DNA from: Camelus dromedarius
Taxonomy: Eukaryota
NCBI RefSeq assembly: GCF_036321535.1
Contig: NC_087437.1
Coordinates: 38,504,001 to 38,568,000, forward strand
DNA length: 64,000 bases
Direction: 5' to 3'
Part shown: piece after piece, positions 12,491 through 25,584 of the stretch
Layout: each line of letters begins with the position of its first letter
Position numbering within the stretch: position 1 is the first letter of the stretch
Made by a program: the position numbers and the translations under genes
The notes under the pieces: model-generated
Told to the model about the DNA's origin: nothing
The model's database searches: none
The model's input: the letters and a program-made list of their open reading frames with translations, nothing else

Positions 12491-14179
12491 ATTGTTTTCG
12501 GGCAAGGACTCACTCTCTTGGGTAAAAACAGCTGTTGGTGGGAAGTGCCCAGTGATGGGAATCTCTAGCTTAAAAAAAGTCCCTGAAAATACCATGAAAG
12601 AAAATCTGGCTTTAAACAGTTGACATCCTGGAAGACCTTAAAAGAGATTTTGAGAGTCCAAGTTCAAGCATTTTATGTCCCTTTCATTCCTCCCTTCCCG
12701 TATTCCTTCCTGTTCCAAAGTGATGAAGCAACATCCTTCATATGTTCCCTAGTTGTAACTTTATTTTGATATGTTTCTTTAATTTCAATTTTTATTTCCT
12801 TTTATAAGAGGATGACTATTTATTTTAGTCATTGTTTTATTTATTTGCCATCATACATATTGCTAGACTTTCTGGTTTTGAAAAATCTAGGGGTTCACTA
12901 TTTTATCTTCCTCTGTCTTCTGTCTTCTGAAATCTAGTGTTAAGGAAAATAGACAAAAATAATTTACATTTTGCTTGGTTATGTTTTAGGTGATCTGTTT
13001 GTTTTACTTGGTAAATTTTATGGCTAAAACTTATCGAAATTGCATATACAAGCCCTTTTAACAAAGTTCACTTATATTACATATAATTTATTCACTTCTT
13101 CATGACATTCTTTTCCCTTTCTGGGTCTATCTTATTAGTAACTCTTTATGACTCCTAAAACTTATTACTGTATTCTTTTTTAATAGTTCTAATTCTGTTT
13201 TAGGTGTTAATAATTTATTTTTTAATTCTGTAAAATCATTGTTGCTTGCCCTCACCCCCTTAATGCCTCCTTAGGCATTATCAGACATGTTTCACTTCAT
13301 TCTGTTATCTTTTATTTTTAAAGCAATGGATTATCCTTTTTAATAGGACACAATTATGAAGTGGTTTCTACATAAGATTAAATATGTTCTTCTTGTGTCT
13401 TTTCCAAAATACATTTCTGGTTTTAATTTTTTTTGTTCCCTTGTTTATCTTTTAATAATAGCAATACTATCGTGTATCCCTATAAATATATACAGGGGCT
13501 TTCTTTTAAAAATTTGACTGCACTGATCAGAGAAGAAGAAATAATAAAAATTGCCAAATATATTTATTTAGTAAGAGTGCAATTAAAAAAAGATAAAACA
13601 TCTTAAATTATTGGAAATTTTGCAGTAATATTGTGCTATTACCGAATGTTAGTATCATTTAAAAATATTTAAGTAAATATGCCAGTAAAACATAAGATTC
13701 TATTTTGATCCAAACATTCAGGAACATATGTTCCTCTTGGAAGAACTCCTACTTTTGGCAACAAAAGTAGGGGCTGACCTGGGAGACAGTGGCTCAAGTG
13801 TTCTCTCCTTTAGGTGGTATCTTGACAATTGAATGACCCCACAGTTTGTCTGGAGTCATCCATTTAGGTGAGCGTTTCCTATTAGTAACGCTGAATTCTG
13901 AGGGGAGTTCTGTCTACAACGTTCATCCCAAACCACACTTATTTCTAAGTGATATGGCTAGTATATGAACAGTTCTCAGGAATGGGGAAATAAAGTGTAT
14001 AGCTATAGCTGATGGTAAGTGCTTATTCTTGGCTACTGTAGCCTCAGTTAAAAGATTATTGAGGCTTAAATTGGTTATTCTTCAGAGATTCAGAACTTAC
14101 ATAAAATCTTTAAATAAGGGATTTTGGTTATGGGTTCAGAAGCAGATCTGATAATTGTCCTTTTACAATATGTTTAGAG

Positions 14180-14408
14180 CAGTGGCTTTTTAACCTCTTA
14201 ACTTGGGCATATATTAAAAATACACTTTCTACCTCATAACAGTACACACACACACCACCCCCCTGAAACGTATGTTTATGCATACAACCTGTGCTGCACT
14301 TTGTTATTTCTTTCAGTCTGTTTCATTGGAAGTAATGATAATGGCTTTCACCAACTAAAGTTATTTTGTGATTCATAATAAGTGGCAAACAACAAATTTA
14401 AAACAATG
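14180..14408. mobile_element. hAT-Charlie-type MITE
   Basis: Termini cagtggctttttaac / aatttaaaacaatg; internal 'aaatacactttctacctcataacagtacacacac'. Recalled similarity only. Confidence 0.5.
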
Positions 14409-15193
14409 CTCCATAAAGGCTAAGGCCACAATATTTTGAGTTTGACCAACATCAACTAATCAAAATAAAAGCCTGTGAAGCCAAAGGTTCTTATATTCAG
14501 ATATAGGTTTCATTACGAGATTGAGGTAAGACCCAGAACAGATGAAAGACAGGGCTCTCTCATATGTTGTGTGACTTACCTCCACGTTTATTCCAGAGCG
14601 TTTCTATTGCCTTTGTCTTATTCTCAGAATCCAGAAATCCTTGCATCCAGCAGACCCAGCTAGGCTCCTCTGAGCAGAACTGATCCTCTCAACTTGTTCA
14701 TCTCAGATACTCTGGAATCTTTCCCTTAGGAAAGTGAGAAAAAATGATGTATATGGATGATATGTTTAGGCATCTAACTGTCTGGAGTGGGGGTGATAGT
14801 CTCAAATTGGGAGTTTGGTTTCTGAGGACTTTTTTCTCTGAATATGCTTAACCATAAGTATCTTACTGAGATGAAAGAAGAGTCACTTAGGATTCTTTTT
14901 ATTTTGACTCATCAGAACAAGTTAGAAAATTTCTTGAGAAATTAGACTAGAGAAAACGTACTCTTTGCTTGGTAGTATAGTTCATCTTTCTACTCAGCCC
15001 CTGTAGAGCTACTGTTGCAAAATTGTGTGGAGATATTGTTTCCCGTCTATGAAGCTTCCTTCCCAACCTATCCATGGATAAGGATATCTTTCTTCAAAAC
15101 TACTTTTGAATATAAAATAAATTATGACATATCTTTACTGTCTTCTAAAATTACCTCTACCAAGATGAGTTTTGGGAGCATGGGTTAACAAAT

Positions 15194-15758
15194 TGTGGCA
15201 GACCCCAGCTGCTTGTCACCTTTAAGAAGAACAAATGTGCTTAGTAACTGCTTTGCTAAGAGGCACCTGTGCATTTGCACTGCTGTCTCCTTGCCCTAAA
15301 AAGCAGAGACAATGCCTTGCTTGCATCGTTGAGGTTTTAGATAGCTCTTTGCTCTTTGCAAAGCAAAGACCCAGGCCCTCAGCTATAAACGCTGGGCATG
15401 TCTGCTATTTAGTCTATATCCCCAGGACGAGGAACTGGCTGGTCTGGTGGTCTGCTTTGTAATTAGCATATGTAAAGAATGTATCTTGTTCCCCTCTCCC
15501 CATGACTTCCCTAAAGATAAACTAAGCCTTTGTACTCAATGTGGATTCTACAATCTCTATGCCATCCTGTCTTTCCCTAAATTCCTGCATTCCATCACAC
15601 AACTGTTAGTGATTTTTCCTTTGATTGTGCACAATAAATGCAGGAGTATTTGAGAGGCTCGCGGAGTTGGTCCCTGACTCCCTCTCACTCTCTTGACTTT
15701 CCAGAGTCTCAAGTAATTCATTCCGTCTTGGTGGGACTTCTGCTGGTCAGAACCCACA
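15194..15758 (+). mobile_element. Relatively young ERV solo LTR (~565 bp)
   Basis: Perfect inverted termini TGTGG..CCACA; sharp GC-richer block; internal aataaa; flanks aaat/acat (imperfect 4-bp TSD); U5-like end 'gagttggtccctgactcc..ctgctggtcagaacccaca'. Confidence 0.8.
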
Positions 15759-16835
15759 ACATTATATTATTATCATGTATTCATATAATTTTATAGAAAT
15801 TATCAGGACAGAAGTATGGAGAATAGCTTGGAGAAGGTAATTATAATGTCTTGGTGATCATGACAATATAATTATAAATCTATATTTATAGATTATAAAT
15901 TCAGCAATTTAAAGGGAAGATTATAATAGCCTGGCCTAAATTAATGACTGAACAAGAAAAGAATTGAGGAGGTCACTGGCCTTTTACTTAATCATGATTG
16001 CTTTTTATTAAAAATAGTCAACATTTTAGTCTCAGAAACACTTTTTTCATATGTTGGGGAAGTCTTGGTACTTTTCTGTCTAAAAATAGTTCTACTGAGA
16101 TATAATTAAAGATATTTTGAAAATTTAAGATACTGGGGAAAAAAGTGTGCCTTTCTTCTAGTTGTTCCATTTATAAGGTTAAATAGCATGATGCCTGAAA
16201 TACAGTGCTCAGAGAATGAAAACCATTGTTTCCAAGTGTCTGAATCAATGGAGAAGGGAGATAAAAGAGAATTGAGCAAATTGCTGGGGAATCCTTTAAC
16301 TGGAGAATAAAATTCAAGTGAGAGATAAAGAGGATCTTATGATCTTTGGGGATTTTTTTGACCACAAAGGTCACAGAAATAGCTGAAATTGGTATTTTCC
16401 TTACAACAAGTTAGTTAACCAATGGAATAAGAGGTAATCTGCACAGGAAATTCACAAAGATAAAATATGTGCTAAGAAGGCACTTAACTTCTTCTCAATA
16501 CTTATATGGAAAATTAAAGACTTCCTCTAACAGAGATAGAGGTTGGAGGAAGTACTTGCAAAAGTCCTTTATTGCCAAATCCTAAAATAATCTAGAATTA
16601 AAACTCAGAAAACATACTAGATATTCTCTTCAGGACTATAATTGCAGAGAAATTCTTTTTAGATTTGGTTTAGACCAAGGTTACATCTAGCAGTGATAAG
16701 ACTTAAATGTGGTATCAGAAAGGTAACCAAGTATTAGCATTTTTATCAAACTACCCTCTAATGTATCAATTCTTTAAAAAATCCTTGCCAGGTAAGTGCT
16801 TATGGATTATTTATTCTATGAATTTATTAATAATA

Positions 16836-17232
16836 TGTTATAGATGAAATAATGCCTTCCCTAAATTCGTAAGTTGAAGTTCTAACCACCCCAGTACCTC
16901 AGACTGTGACTGAATTTGTAGAGAAGGTCTTTAAAGTGGTAATTAAGATTAAATGAGGCTGTTAGTGTGGGCCTAATCCAGTCTGACTGGTGTCCTTATG
17001 GGAAGAGGGAATTTGGGCACACAGAGACCCTACAGGTGCACTTAAACAGAGGAAAGATCATGTGAGGACACAGCCAGAAGGCAGCCGTCTACATACTCAC
17101 CAAGGAGAAGGGCCTCAGAAGAAACTAACCCTATCAACACCTTGTCTTGAACTTCCAGTCTTCAGAACTGTGAGAAAATAAATCTCTGTGGTGTAAACCA
17201 TCTAGTCTGTGGTATTCTGGGAAACTAATACA
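16836..17232 (+). mobile_element. MaLR solo LTR (MLT1A/B-like)
   Basis: TG..CA ends; 'cccagtacctcagactgtgact..ggtctttaaag..cctaatccagtctgactggtgtccttat..gaacttccagtcttcagaactgtgagaaaataaat..aaactaataca'. Confidence 0.92.
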
Positions 17233-17280
17233 GTTATGTTTCTTGGGGGGAAAAGCAAAATGAACTGTGATAAGTGTTTT

Positions 17281-17305
17281 CTCTCTCTCTCTCTCTCTCT
17301 CTCTC
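17281..17305. repeat. (CT)n microsatellite
   Basis: Direct read. Confidence 0.95.
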
Positions 17306-17639
17306 ATTGTTTCACATGAGAAGAAAATCAAACCTTAGATTTATAAAAACAAAATTCCAATCACTTTATTTAATTTGATGTCAGATGTCTAAAATGTCAT
17401 GGTGCTGCTTAGAAGATAATCAGAAATAAATTATGAATAAGTAGTCTTGCTAGATACACTTAAAATGATGGCAAATTTCACAAAGTACAGATTAGGAATG
17501 GGAAACCAAACCAAACCAAACCATAAACTAAACAATCCAACATTCTAGGTTTTCTAATGGCCTCAGCTCAATAATAATAACAACAAAAATTTGTCCTTAA
17601 ATCTCAGAAGTCTTAAGAAAGCAGCTAAAATTTCATGAA

Positions 17640-17810
17640 GACACAGTCTTAGGTAGGTTATTTAACTGCACCATAGAACTCATTTTTCTCGTGTTTAAAA
17701 CATTGGTGTAACAGTAATACTTACCTCATAACATTGTCTTGTGCATAAAGCATTAGTGCACATAAAGCACTTAAAACAGTGTTTTCCACAAAGTAAATGA
17801 TAAAAAATGT
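17640..17810 (+). mobile_element. MIR
   Basis: 'cttaggtaggttatttaac..acagtaatacttacctcata..cataaagcacttaaaacagtg'. Confidence 0.75.
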
Positions 17811-18489
17811 AAAAAATCAGAAATGCCTTTTCTGATTCTGAAAGTTTTCATTTCTTTACAAATACACATAGCAGAATGTTATTCTGTGAACTAAAATATC
17901 CCTGAAAAATAATATTAATAAAACAAAATAAGGTAAAATAAAAGCACCAAGAGAAAATGAACCTAGAAACAAACAAAGCTAAAAAAATAAGAATTAGCAA
18001 AAATATATATATGAAGAAGCATGGGAGAGCAGAAAGCATTTCTTTCTATGAATAATCTATAAATAATTTACAAATACACATGGTAATAATTGCTCACATT
18101 TTAGGCAGGCAAAGGAAAAACTATCTTAGCCTTGTGAATTTTTTGATAAGATATATGGTTTCAAATATTCAAATTAATTAACACAATATCAAGCAATACT
18201 CAGAATTTACCTGATAAGGTTCTCTTTGCCAACCATGCCAACTATTCAAGCTCAGTTTCACAAACAGCCCATGTTCAATTCACATACACTGTGTGATATG
18301 CAGGACTTATGGTAGGAGAGGAAAGACATGTGTAATTAAAATGTCAATATTTGGTTTTGATGAAATGACATTTATTTATTTGTTAACTTAATTTTTATTC
18401 TTTGACTTTTAAAACTGTGCTTGACTATAAAAATGTGGCATTTCAGGGGCTATTTCATTAGTTCTCATAATAGACAATGTTTCATAGGT

Positions 18490-19116
18490 AATTTAGCTTC
18501 TTCTTGATCCACCTTCCCTTCTCTTGAATCTTAATGGTGGTTATTTCCAAAACTCAGCTCTTGGAACAATCTTTACTCTCCTTTGCAGAATTACCCATTT
18601 TTCACAAGCTGAGTTTTCATCTTTACACTGTAGCCTACAGAGTTTAAATCTCTGCATTTTACTCCAGTTGATTTATAAGCTCCATTACCCAGATTTCTAC
18701 TTGGTAGCAACTTAACCATCCCTTAAAACTCAATATGTCACAAATGAAAAGTATTTCTTTCTTCAATAAATACTTCTCTCCTCTTATTTCTGTTTCTGTT
18801 GGCTGCATCGCCATTCTTCCAGTCACCTCAGTTTGAAACAAGAAAGTAGTCGTTTAGTCATTGTTTTCCTCCAGGTCCTTTTTCTTTCCGACTTCTGAAA
18901 TCTACATCTCAGTTCCTTTTTCCCTCTTCATCTTCATGCTTATGATTCTGCCCTGGGATTTTATCTCCTTACAGTTGAACTGTAGCAAGGGCCTCTTCAC
19001 TGATACCTTGGTCTCTGCACTCTGATCTTTTTGATACATCCTCCTTGTTATTGCCAGAGTAATTTACTAGGCTGTTTAGAAATGTCATCTACTTCTTCAG
19101 ATTTTTAGAGCCTCTC
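18490..19116 (+). mobile_element. L2 fragment (resumes ~20808-21030 after the L1 cluster)
   Basis: 'tctacttgg..cttaaaactcaatatgtcacaaatgaa..ccattcttccagtcacctcag..gaactgtagcaagggcctcttcactg..tgccagagtaatt'. Confidence 0.75.
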
Positions 19117-19228
19117 TGTTTCTTATTTTTTAATTAATTTATTTTTAATAGAAATTATATATATAAGGTATACAACATGATGATTTGATATGCAAGTATA
19201 CTGTGAAATGATTACTACAGTCAAGCTA

Positions 19229-19590
19229 ATTTTTTTTTTTTGGTAATAGCTTTATGGAGATGTAATTCACATACCATACAATTAATCCAGCTAAAGTATA
19301 CAGTTCTATGGCTCTTAGTATATTCAGAATCGTGCAAGCATCACCACAAACAAATTTAGGACATTTAACTACCCCAGAAATAAATCCTGTACCCCTTAGC
19401 TGGCATCCCCCAAACCTGATACCCTCCAGCCTTTGGCAACCACTAATCTATCTTTGTCTCTATAAATTTGCCTATTCTAGACATTTTATATTAAAGTAAT
19501 CGTACAATATGTGGTCTTTTGTGATTGACTTTTTTCATTTAGCAGAAAGTTTTCAAGTTTCCTCCGTGTTGTAACAGGTAGTCATTTCTA
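19229..19590 (-). mobile_element. L1MB-like 3' end (nested)
   Basis: poly(T) then 'aatagctttatggagatgtaattcacataccatacaatt..ggcaaccactaatcta..atttgcctattctagacatttt'. Confidence 0.85.
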
Positions 19591-20246
19591 ATTTATTTAT
19601 TTATTTATTTAAATTTTATTTACTTTTTTCTTTTTTATTGAAGTATAGTTGATTTACAATGTTGTGTTAGTTTCAGGTGCACAGCAAAGTGGTTCAGTTT
19701 TATACACACACACACACACACACACACACATAACACATATATTCTTTTTCAGATTCCTTTCCATTATAGGTTATTAGAAGATACTGAATATAGTTTCTGT
19801 GCTATACAGTAGGTCCTTGTTGTTTACCTATTTTATATGTAGCAGTGCGTGTATGTTAATCCCAAACTCCTAATTTATCCTTCCGCCCCTTTCCCCTTAG
19901 GTAACTTAAATTTGTTTTCTATGTCTATGAGCCTGTTTCTGGTTTGTAAATAAGTTCATTTGTATGTATTTTTTTAGATTTCACATATAAATGATATCAT
20001 ATATTTGTCTTTGCCTGACTTATTTTACTTAATTTAATAATTTCTAGATCCATCTATGTTGCTGCAGATGGCATTATTTCACTCTTCTTAGAGCTGAGCA
20101 ATATTCTATTGGTGATATAGCAACTCACCTACTTACATCAAGACTTCATTAATATTGTCATATAAACTTGAGGAGGTATTTTTGGAAAATATTGACAAAC
20201 ACACACACCTGACGTCTTCTTTATCCATGCATCTCCTGATGGACAT
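19591..20246 (-). mobile_element. Cetartiodactyl L1 3' end (nested), contains (CA)n
   Basis: 'ttttattgaagtatagttgatttacaatgttgtgttagtttcaggtgcacagcaaagtg..gtgctatacagtaggtccttgttg'. Confidence 0.92.
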
Positions 20247-22409
20247 TCCCATTTCCTCACATAGTTACCATTTTTGCGTATGTGTGTGTGTGTGTGTGGT
20301 GAACACCTGAAACCAACAATCTTAACAAATTTCCAATATTTTACACAGTATTATTAAGTACTGCCATGCTGTGTGTTAGATCTCTAGATTTATCCTATAT
20401 GACTTTGTACCCTTTGACTAGCTCCCCATTTTCTGTACCCTTTGGTCTCATGTAATGACCTTTTTGCTCCCTCTTTTTACTCTCTACTTCTTTTGTAGAT
20501 TTTACATATAAGTGAGATAATGCACTATTTTTCTTTCTGTGTCTGGCTTTTCACTTAGGATGATGTCCTCTAAATTTGTATGTACTTTAAGGAAATGAAA
20601 ACAGTACCTCAAAGAGATACCAGCACTCCTATAACCATTGCAGCATTATTCATAATAGCTGAGATGTGGGGAATAGTGTACATGCTCCTCCATGGATGAA
20701 TGGATAAAGAAATCGTGAGAAATATATCTATAACTATATATATATAATTACTCTACCTTAAAAAAAGAATGTCCTGCTATTTATGACAACATGAATGTTT
20801 CCTCTTTCTGAATTCTAAAACCTCTTATCATCTTGGTTACCCCCCATATATTCTCCTATATGCTCCTACTTGCACTCATACATTCTTGATTCAATGTCTA
20901 CAGTCTTATTGTTTGCTTTGGCCTAGAATGATTTCTCATTTTATTCTATCCAAATCCTATTAATTCTTTAAGATATACCTTCTAATATTTCCCCTTGGAA
21001 ATTTAACATGTTGAGTTTTCGCTCCTCTCACCTTCACAGCACCTTGATGACTGCATCAGGTGGTTAGGCTCTAACCTAAACCCTCTTGAGTTGTTTGTTG
21101 CTGCATGGTACACTGAGCACAGAATTAAGCTGGGAAGAAACCGTGACAAAGACGAGCCCAGATCTTTTATTTTACAGATAAGAATCCCTGATTTGCCACG
21201 TTTAATATTTGAAAGCTTCTTAAAGGTAGGATGAATTTTGTTATCATTCCTCTGTATTCTGACCTCTTCCACCAGTGCATTTAGTCCAGTGCTGAGAATC
21301 CACTAGGTACTGATTAATTCTGACATCCAAACTGATTAAGTGACTTGTTAAGTTCTATCTTAGAAGCTAAATTTTAAGCTCTTTGATGATAGGACTGGTC
21401 ATGTTCCATAATTCTGTTCTCCTGAACATACTTATTTGAGTTAAGCATATATGAGGTACTAATATTTCTTGACATCATGTATTTTTTATTTTACATATGT
21501 AATATACACACATTGTATATATTATTAGATATTTTCTCCCATATTACTGATGTAGACACTAGTCATTTACATGACTGGTAAGTGGTGAAGCCATGTTTAA
21601 GATAGGTCAAATATCAGATAGCCATCTATGTACTTAAAAATATGGCTAAATAAATAGATGTACTTCAATTAGGTTGACTGTGTAGCTTGTATTTAAGTTT
21701 TTTTTGTGATATCAAAATAATTTCACTAGATCCATTCTATAATGAAAGCTGTTATAATGTGAATTCCAATAAGTAAAGCATGTATTGATCAAATTTTAAT
21801 TACTGTTTATGAACCAGGCATTAAGCCCATTCTAAAATAAAAATGATTCTCAAATGATGGTTTTATAGGCATGGAGCATCTTCCCTTATCTGACACAAAG
21901 CATACAGATGATGTTTGGCAGTGTGGTGACAGCTCTTTGAAGACAGGTGCATTCACCAAGCAGATTCTAAGACAGAAGTACCTCCTCAAGTTTATATGAC
22001 AATATTAACAAAGTCTTGATGCAGGTAGATGAGTTGCTATATCACCAAAATGATAAGAGACTTCTCTACTGAAAAGAAGAGAAAAATTTTATCTGCAACT
22101 CTGACATCCTGAATCCTAGTGAGACCCATTGTTTGTTTTCACAGTTTAGCTTTTGGTATACAAAATTCAAGTATAATTTGCATGTTAATGTGTATATTTT
22201 TGTGTAATTTAATTTATATCAGTCATCACATTTGCTGACTGGTCCATTTCTGCAGTTTCCTTGAATGACAGTCCAGTATTCTTTGATTTATGTAGGCAAG
22301 CTGACTAGATCGGAGTAAGTGAGAGATTAAAATATGGTGCTGTTCCTTTCATTTTGCAATTTTATTCTTTTACTGAAATCCCATGCAAAATGCTAAGTAG
22401 TTGCACAGA

Positions 22410-22640
22410 TAATTCATTATAGCTGTCACTAACATGATGTTTACTGTGTGCTACAAAATTCACACTTATAATTCTTTCAAATAGCATTGAACTTATGATA
22501 TAGGTGCTAATATTATTTTTATTTCATAGATGAAATTAATTATCTAATCTAAGACAATATAACCAGGAAATGGCACTGCCAATATTTGAGCACAATCAGT
22601 CTAGGTTTTACATCTTTATTCCTAACCACCACGTTATACC
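22410..22640 (-). mobile_element. MIR
   Basis: 'tttactgtgtgcta..taggtgctaatattatttttatttcatagatgaaa..atttgagcacaatcagtctagg..cctaaccaccacg'. Confidence 0.65.
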
Positions 22641-23154
22641 CACTTTCAGGAGTCTGACAAAAATATACATGTTTATGACTGCTTATGTTAGTTTCTACAG
22701 TGTGATGTTTGAATTTGATGCTAAAGAGATTCTGACAGTATGGCTCACTAATATTTTTATTTGAGTGATAGAAAAGACAAATGACTGGGGAATTCTTTAA
22801 AGATAGGCTAGCCCCTGGAATAAGGAGCTAAATAGTTACCAATGAATGTCACAATTAAAATGTCATGTGAGTAAATTTCTGAAAGATAGATTTGATAACT
22901 TTGCTTCACAAGGATGGAAAGGGAGACTGAAGAAAATATGAGCATTAGTAAGATGTATTTTTCTTATTCATTTTCCTATAGTCATTTTGGTTTCTCTATC
23001 AAATCTATTGTTAAATTTCTTATCCATTGACCTGTTTATTTCCTCATGCAAAGATTCTAGTTTCTGTTGATTGTAGAAATTATATTATTAATTTGTTTAT
23101 TTTTGCCATCATGAAACAGCACCAGTGAAAACCAAGCTAAGTTAGAACTCAGAT

Positions 23155-24140
23155 ATTTGGTGAGAAAATATTTAAGTTGAAACTTGAAAGAGAATAGAAT
23201 TTCCTAAGTAAAGCAAGGTGAAAGGGTGACAAGTGTTTTAGGATGTGGAAACAGAATGTGTGACTATCCAAAGATGAGAAGTTTTATCTGGAAGGTAGAG
23301 TTAGAAGTGGGTACACAACAAAAACCATAAAAGACATAAGAGACTGAAGACATAATCATGAATGCAGGACCCTGAAGTTTTTTCTTAAGGGACTGGTTCT
23401 TAGACCTAAATACAATAGACAGCTGTTGAATAGATTTGAGAGGAGAGTGATCAAGGGACACAGACAATAATGGTTATTCCAGGATAATCATAGAAAATGA
23501 TTTTAAATGAGGTAAATGTGAATTTATCAAGATTAGTAAGGAGGGTCTCCTAGAAATCTATATTAAGCGATAATGATCTGGACAGTGCTTTGGCATTTAG
23601 AATACAGAGCAACAAAACTGTTAGACTGTAAGAGAAGAAGACGTTAAGACTTGCTAATAGATTGAATGTGTCAGTAAGGCAGAGAAAAGGGTCATTGCTG
23701 TACGCTGACTTGGTAACTGGGTGTGGTGGCTCCATTCATTGAAACAGGGAATACTGAAGGGAAGGTAGGTTTAGAAATAGTGAATTTGAGATGCTTGTGG
23801 AGACGTCCAACATAGAATGTGGTGACCAGGGGTGGAACTGGTGGGTATGAGTGTGTTGATATGTAGATTTCTGAATATTTAATGTGTGGTAATGCTAGTA
23901 AATGTGGCTATTCAAGGAGATGGTTCCAGCAAAGAAGACAAAGGTGTTTCCTTAAACCTCTAAGGAAACTAGTTTTAAGAGAGAAGACAATAAACAGGTA
24001 TTTACTAAAGTGGCTGAAAAGGAGCAGCCACAGAGGGAAGATTAAAGCCATTAGAAAAACAGAGGCCAAAAAAAAAAAAAAAAAGTATCTAAAAGGTTAA
24101 ATGTATTTCTCCCAGAGAAAAACATAAAAATCTTTCGTTG
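23155..24140 (-). mobile_element. L2 fragment
   Basis: Purine-rich antisense L2 motifs 'gacttgctaatagattgaatgtg', 'gacttggtaactgggtgtggtggctccattcattgaaacagggaatactgaagg', 'tgaatttgagatgcttgtggagacgtccaa'. Confidence 0.75.
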
Positions 24141-25584
24141 ATTTGGTAATGTTAACTAGATGTGTCTTCTCTCGTTTATATCATCTTGTATAGGAAAAAA
24201 ATTCACATGTATTTTCAGTGCTGTAATAAAAGAAGAAACGAGCTTGCTTTTTATTTCACTTTGGTAATTTTTTATGTTTTTTGTTATGTATCTAATAAAA
24301 ACAAAAGCAACTCCTGCTACTTCTTTTGAAAGCAAATATCTTTATAGCTTGAACTTTGAAATACAGCAAAATTCTTGAAAATTAAAAGAGGAAGCAGTTG
24401 AGAAGAGTGTGTAAAGAACTTAATTTTCCCCTTTCCCTTTATATGTTCAATGTATAACCTTTTTTTCAAGAATGAGATCAAAGATTGCACTTTCTCAGCT
24501 GAGCATTATCACTCACAGAAAATTTTCCTTGAACTCTCAAGCTTGGCTAAGTTTCCAGCTTTAACTCTCCCATAGCAACCTGTGCTGCAATTTTTAAAGA
24601 TCATGTTCATCTTTTTTTTCCTTTTTGCTAGATATTAAAGTTGTAAGACACAGAGTCTCAATAAATGTGGAACTAAATTTATTATATATGATAAAATTTA
24701 GGTCAACTATGCCCTCCTTCTTATCTATAAGGTAAAAAATATTTTTGCTCAATAAGAATTCTGCCATGAACAATTTGAATGAAAAAATTTTCTTCATTCT
24801 TGACATGCATATTAATAGGGCAGGAAGCCAGTATGTATGGGCTTCATCTAGTGAGTCCTTTTCATTCTTTTGGAGTAGTGTCAGGAATTATTGGGGGATT
24901 AACACTTTTGGTGATTATAAAAGCATTCCCTTAACTGCAATTCTTGATTTTTTTTGATATAAGAGTACAGAATTTTTGTAAATTTCTCCTTAGAGAAACT
25001 TTCTAACAGACCTAAGATTTGTTTATTCCTTTCTCTCCCATGTAAGAGTAGATTTTTGTCAGTAGTTGAAAGTTGTGAGAACTCCAAGACACAGAACTGC
25101 AAACACAACTCTTCCCTTTCTAGAACCTATCATCATGATTACTTCCCTCTAAACTCTTCATTCATTCATTCATTCATTTTTCCAGAACTGCTCTATGACT
25201 CTTTCATTTTAAGTAAGGAAAAAAATGGAAGCAATTTGATATGAAAGTTTAAGTTATTGAGATTATTTATTAATGGAATTCAACTAATATAATAGACAGA
25301 TATAATTGGACCAAAATGGGGAAAAAATTACTTAAGAGTTTCATTTGAAGAGTTTATAATTACAGAATTGTATCATGCTATAATATGCATTTTATTTTAT
25401 TAACTTTTAAATAATAAATCTATGCAAATTTGTAGTTATAAAAGATAAAATTTGTTTGTCATTAAAACTTGACTAATATTTACCAATAGTGTCTTGAAAT
25501 CAGGGAACCCATAAAGAGGACATGAAAAAATAGACCTCAGGCCCCTTTCTATGTTTTCTAAGAAGATTAAGTGTTCTTGTAAAA

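Larger units (their letters stand above)
19129..20795 (-). mobile_element. L1MA9-like element with an inverted 5' segment (20581-20795) and nested L1 insertions
   Basis: 3' end 'aaggtatacaacatgatgatttgatat..tgtgaaatgattactacagtcaagctaat' resumes at ~20248 as 'cctcacatagttaccatttt'. An L1 segment on + follows at 20581-20795. Candidate TSD tgtttcttattt / tgtttcctcttt. Confidence 0.8.

Noticed and set aside
21871..21999. 42-codon ORF (MEHLPLSDTK..) with a good Kozak context after a tttatag
   Set aside because: Weak polypyrimidine tract, no recognisable homology, length expected by chance.
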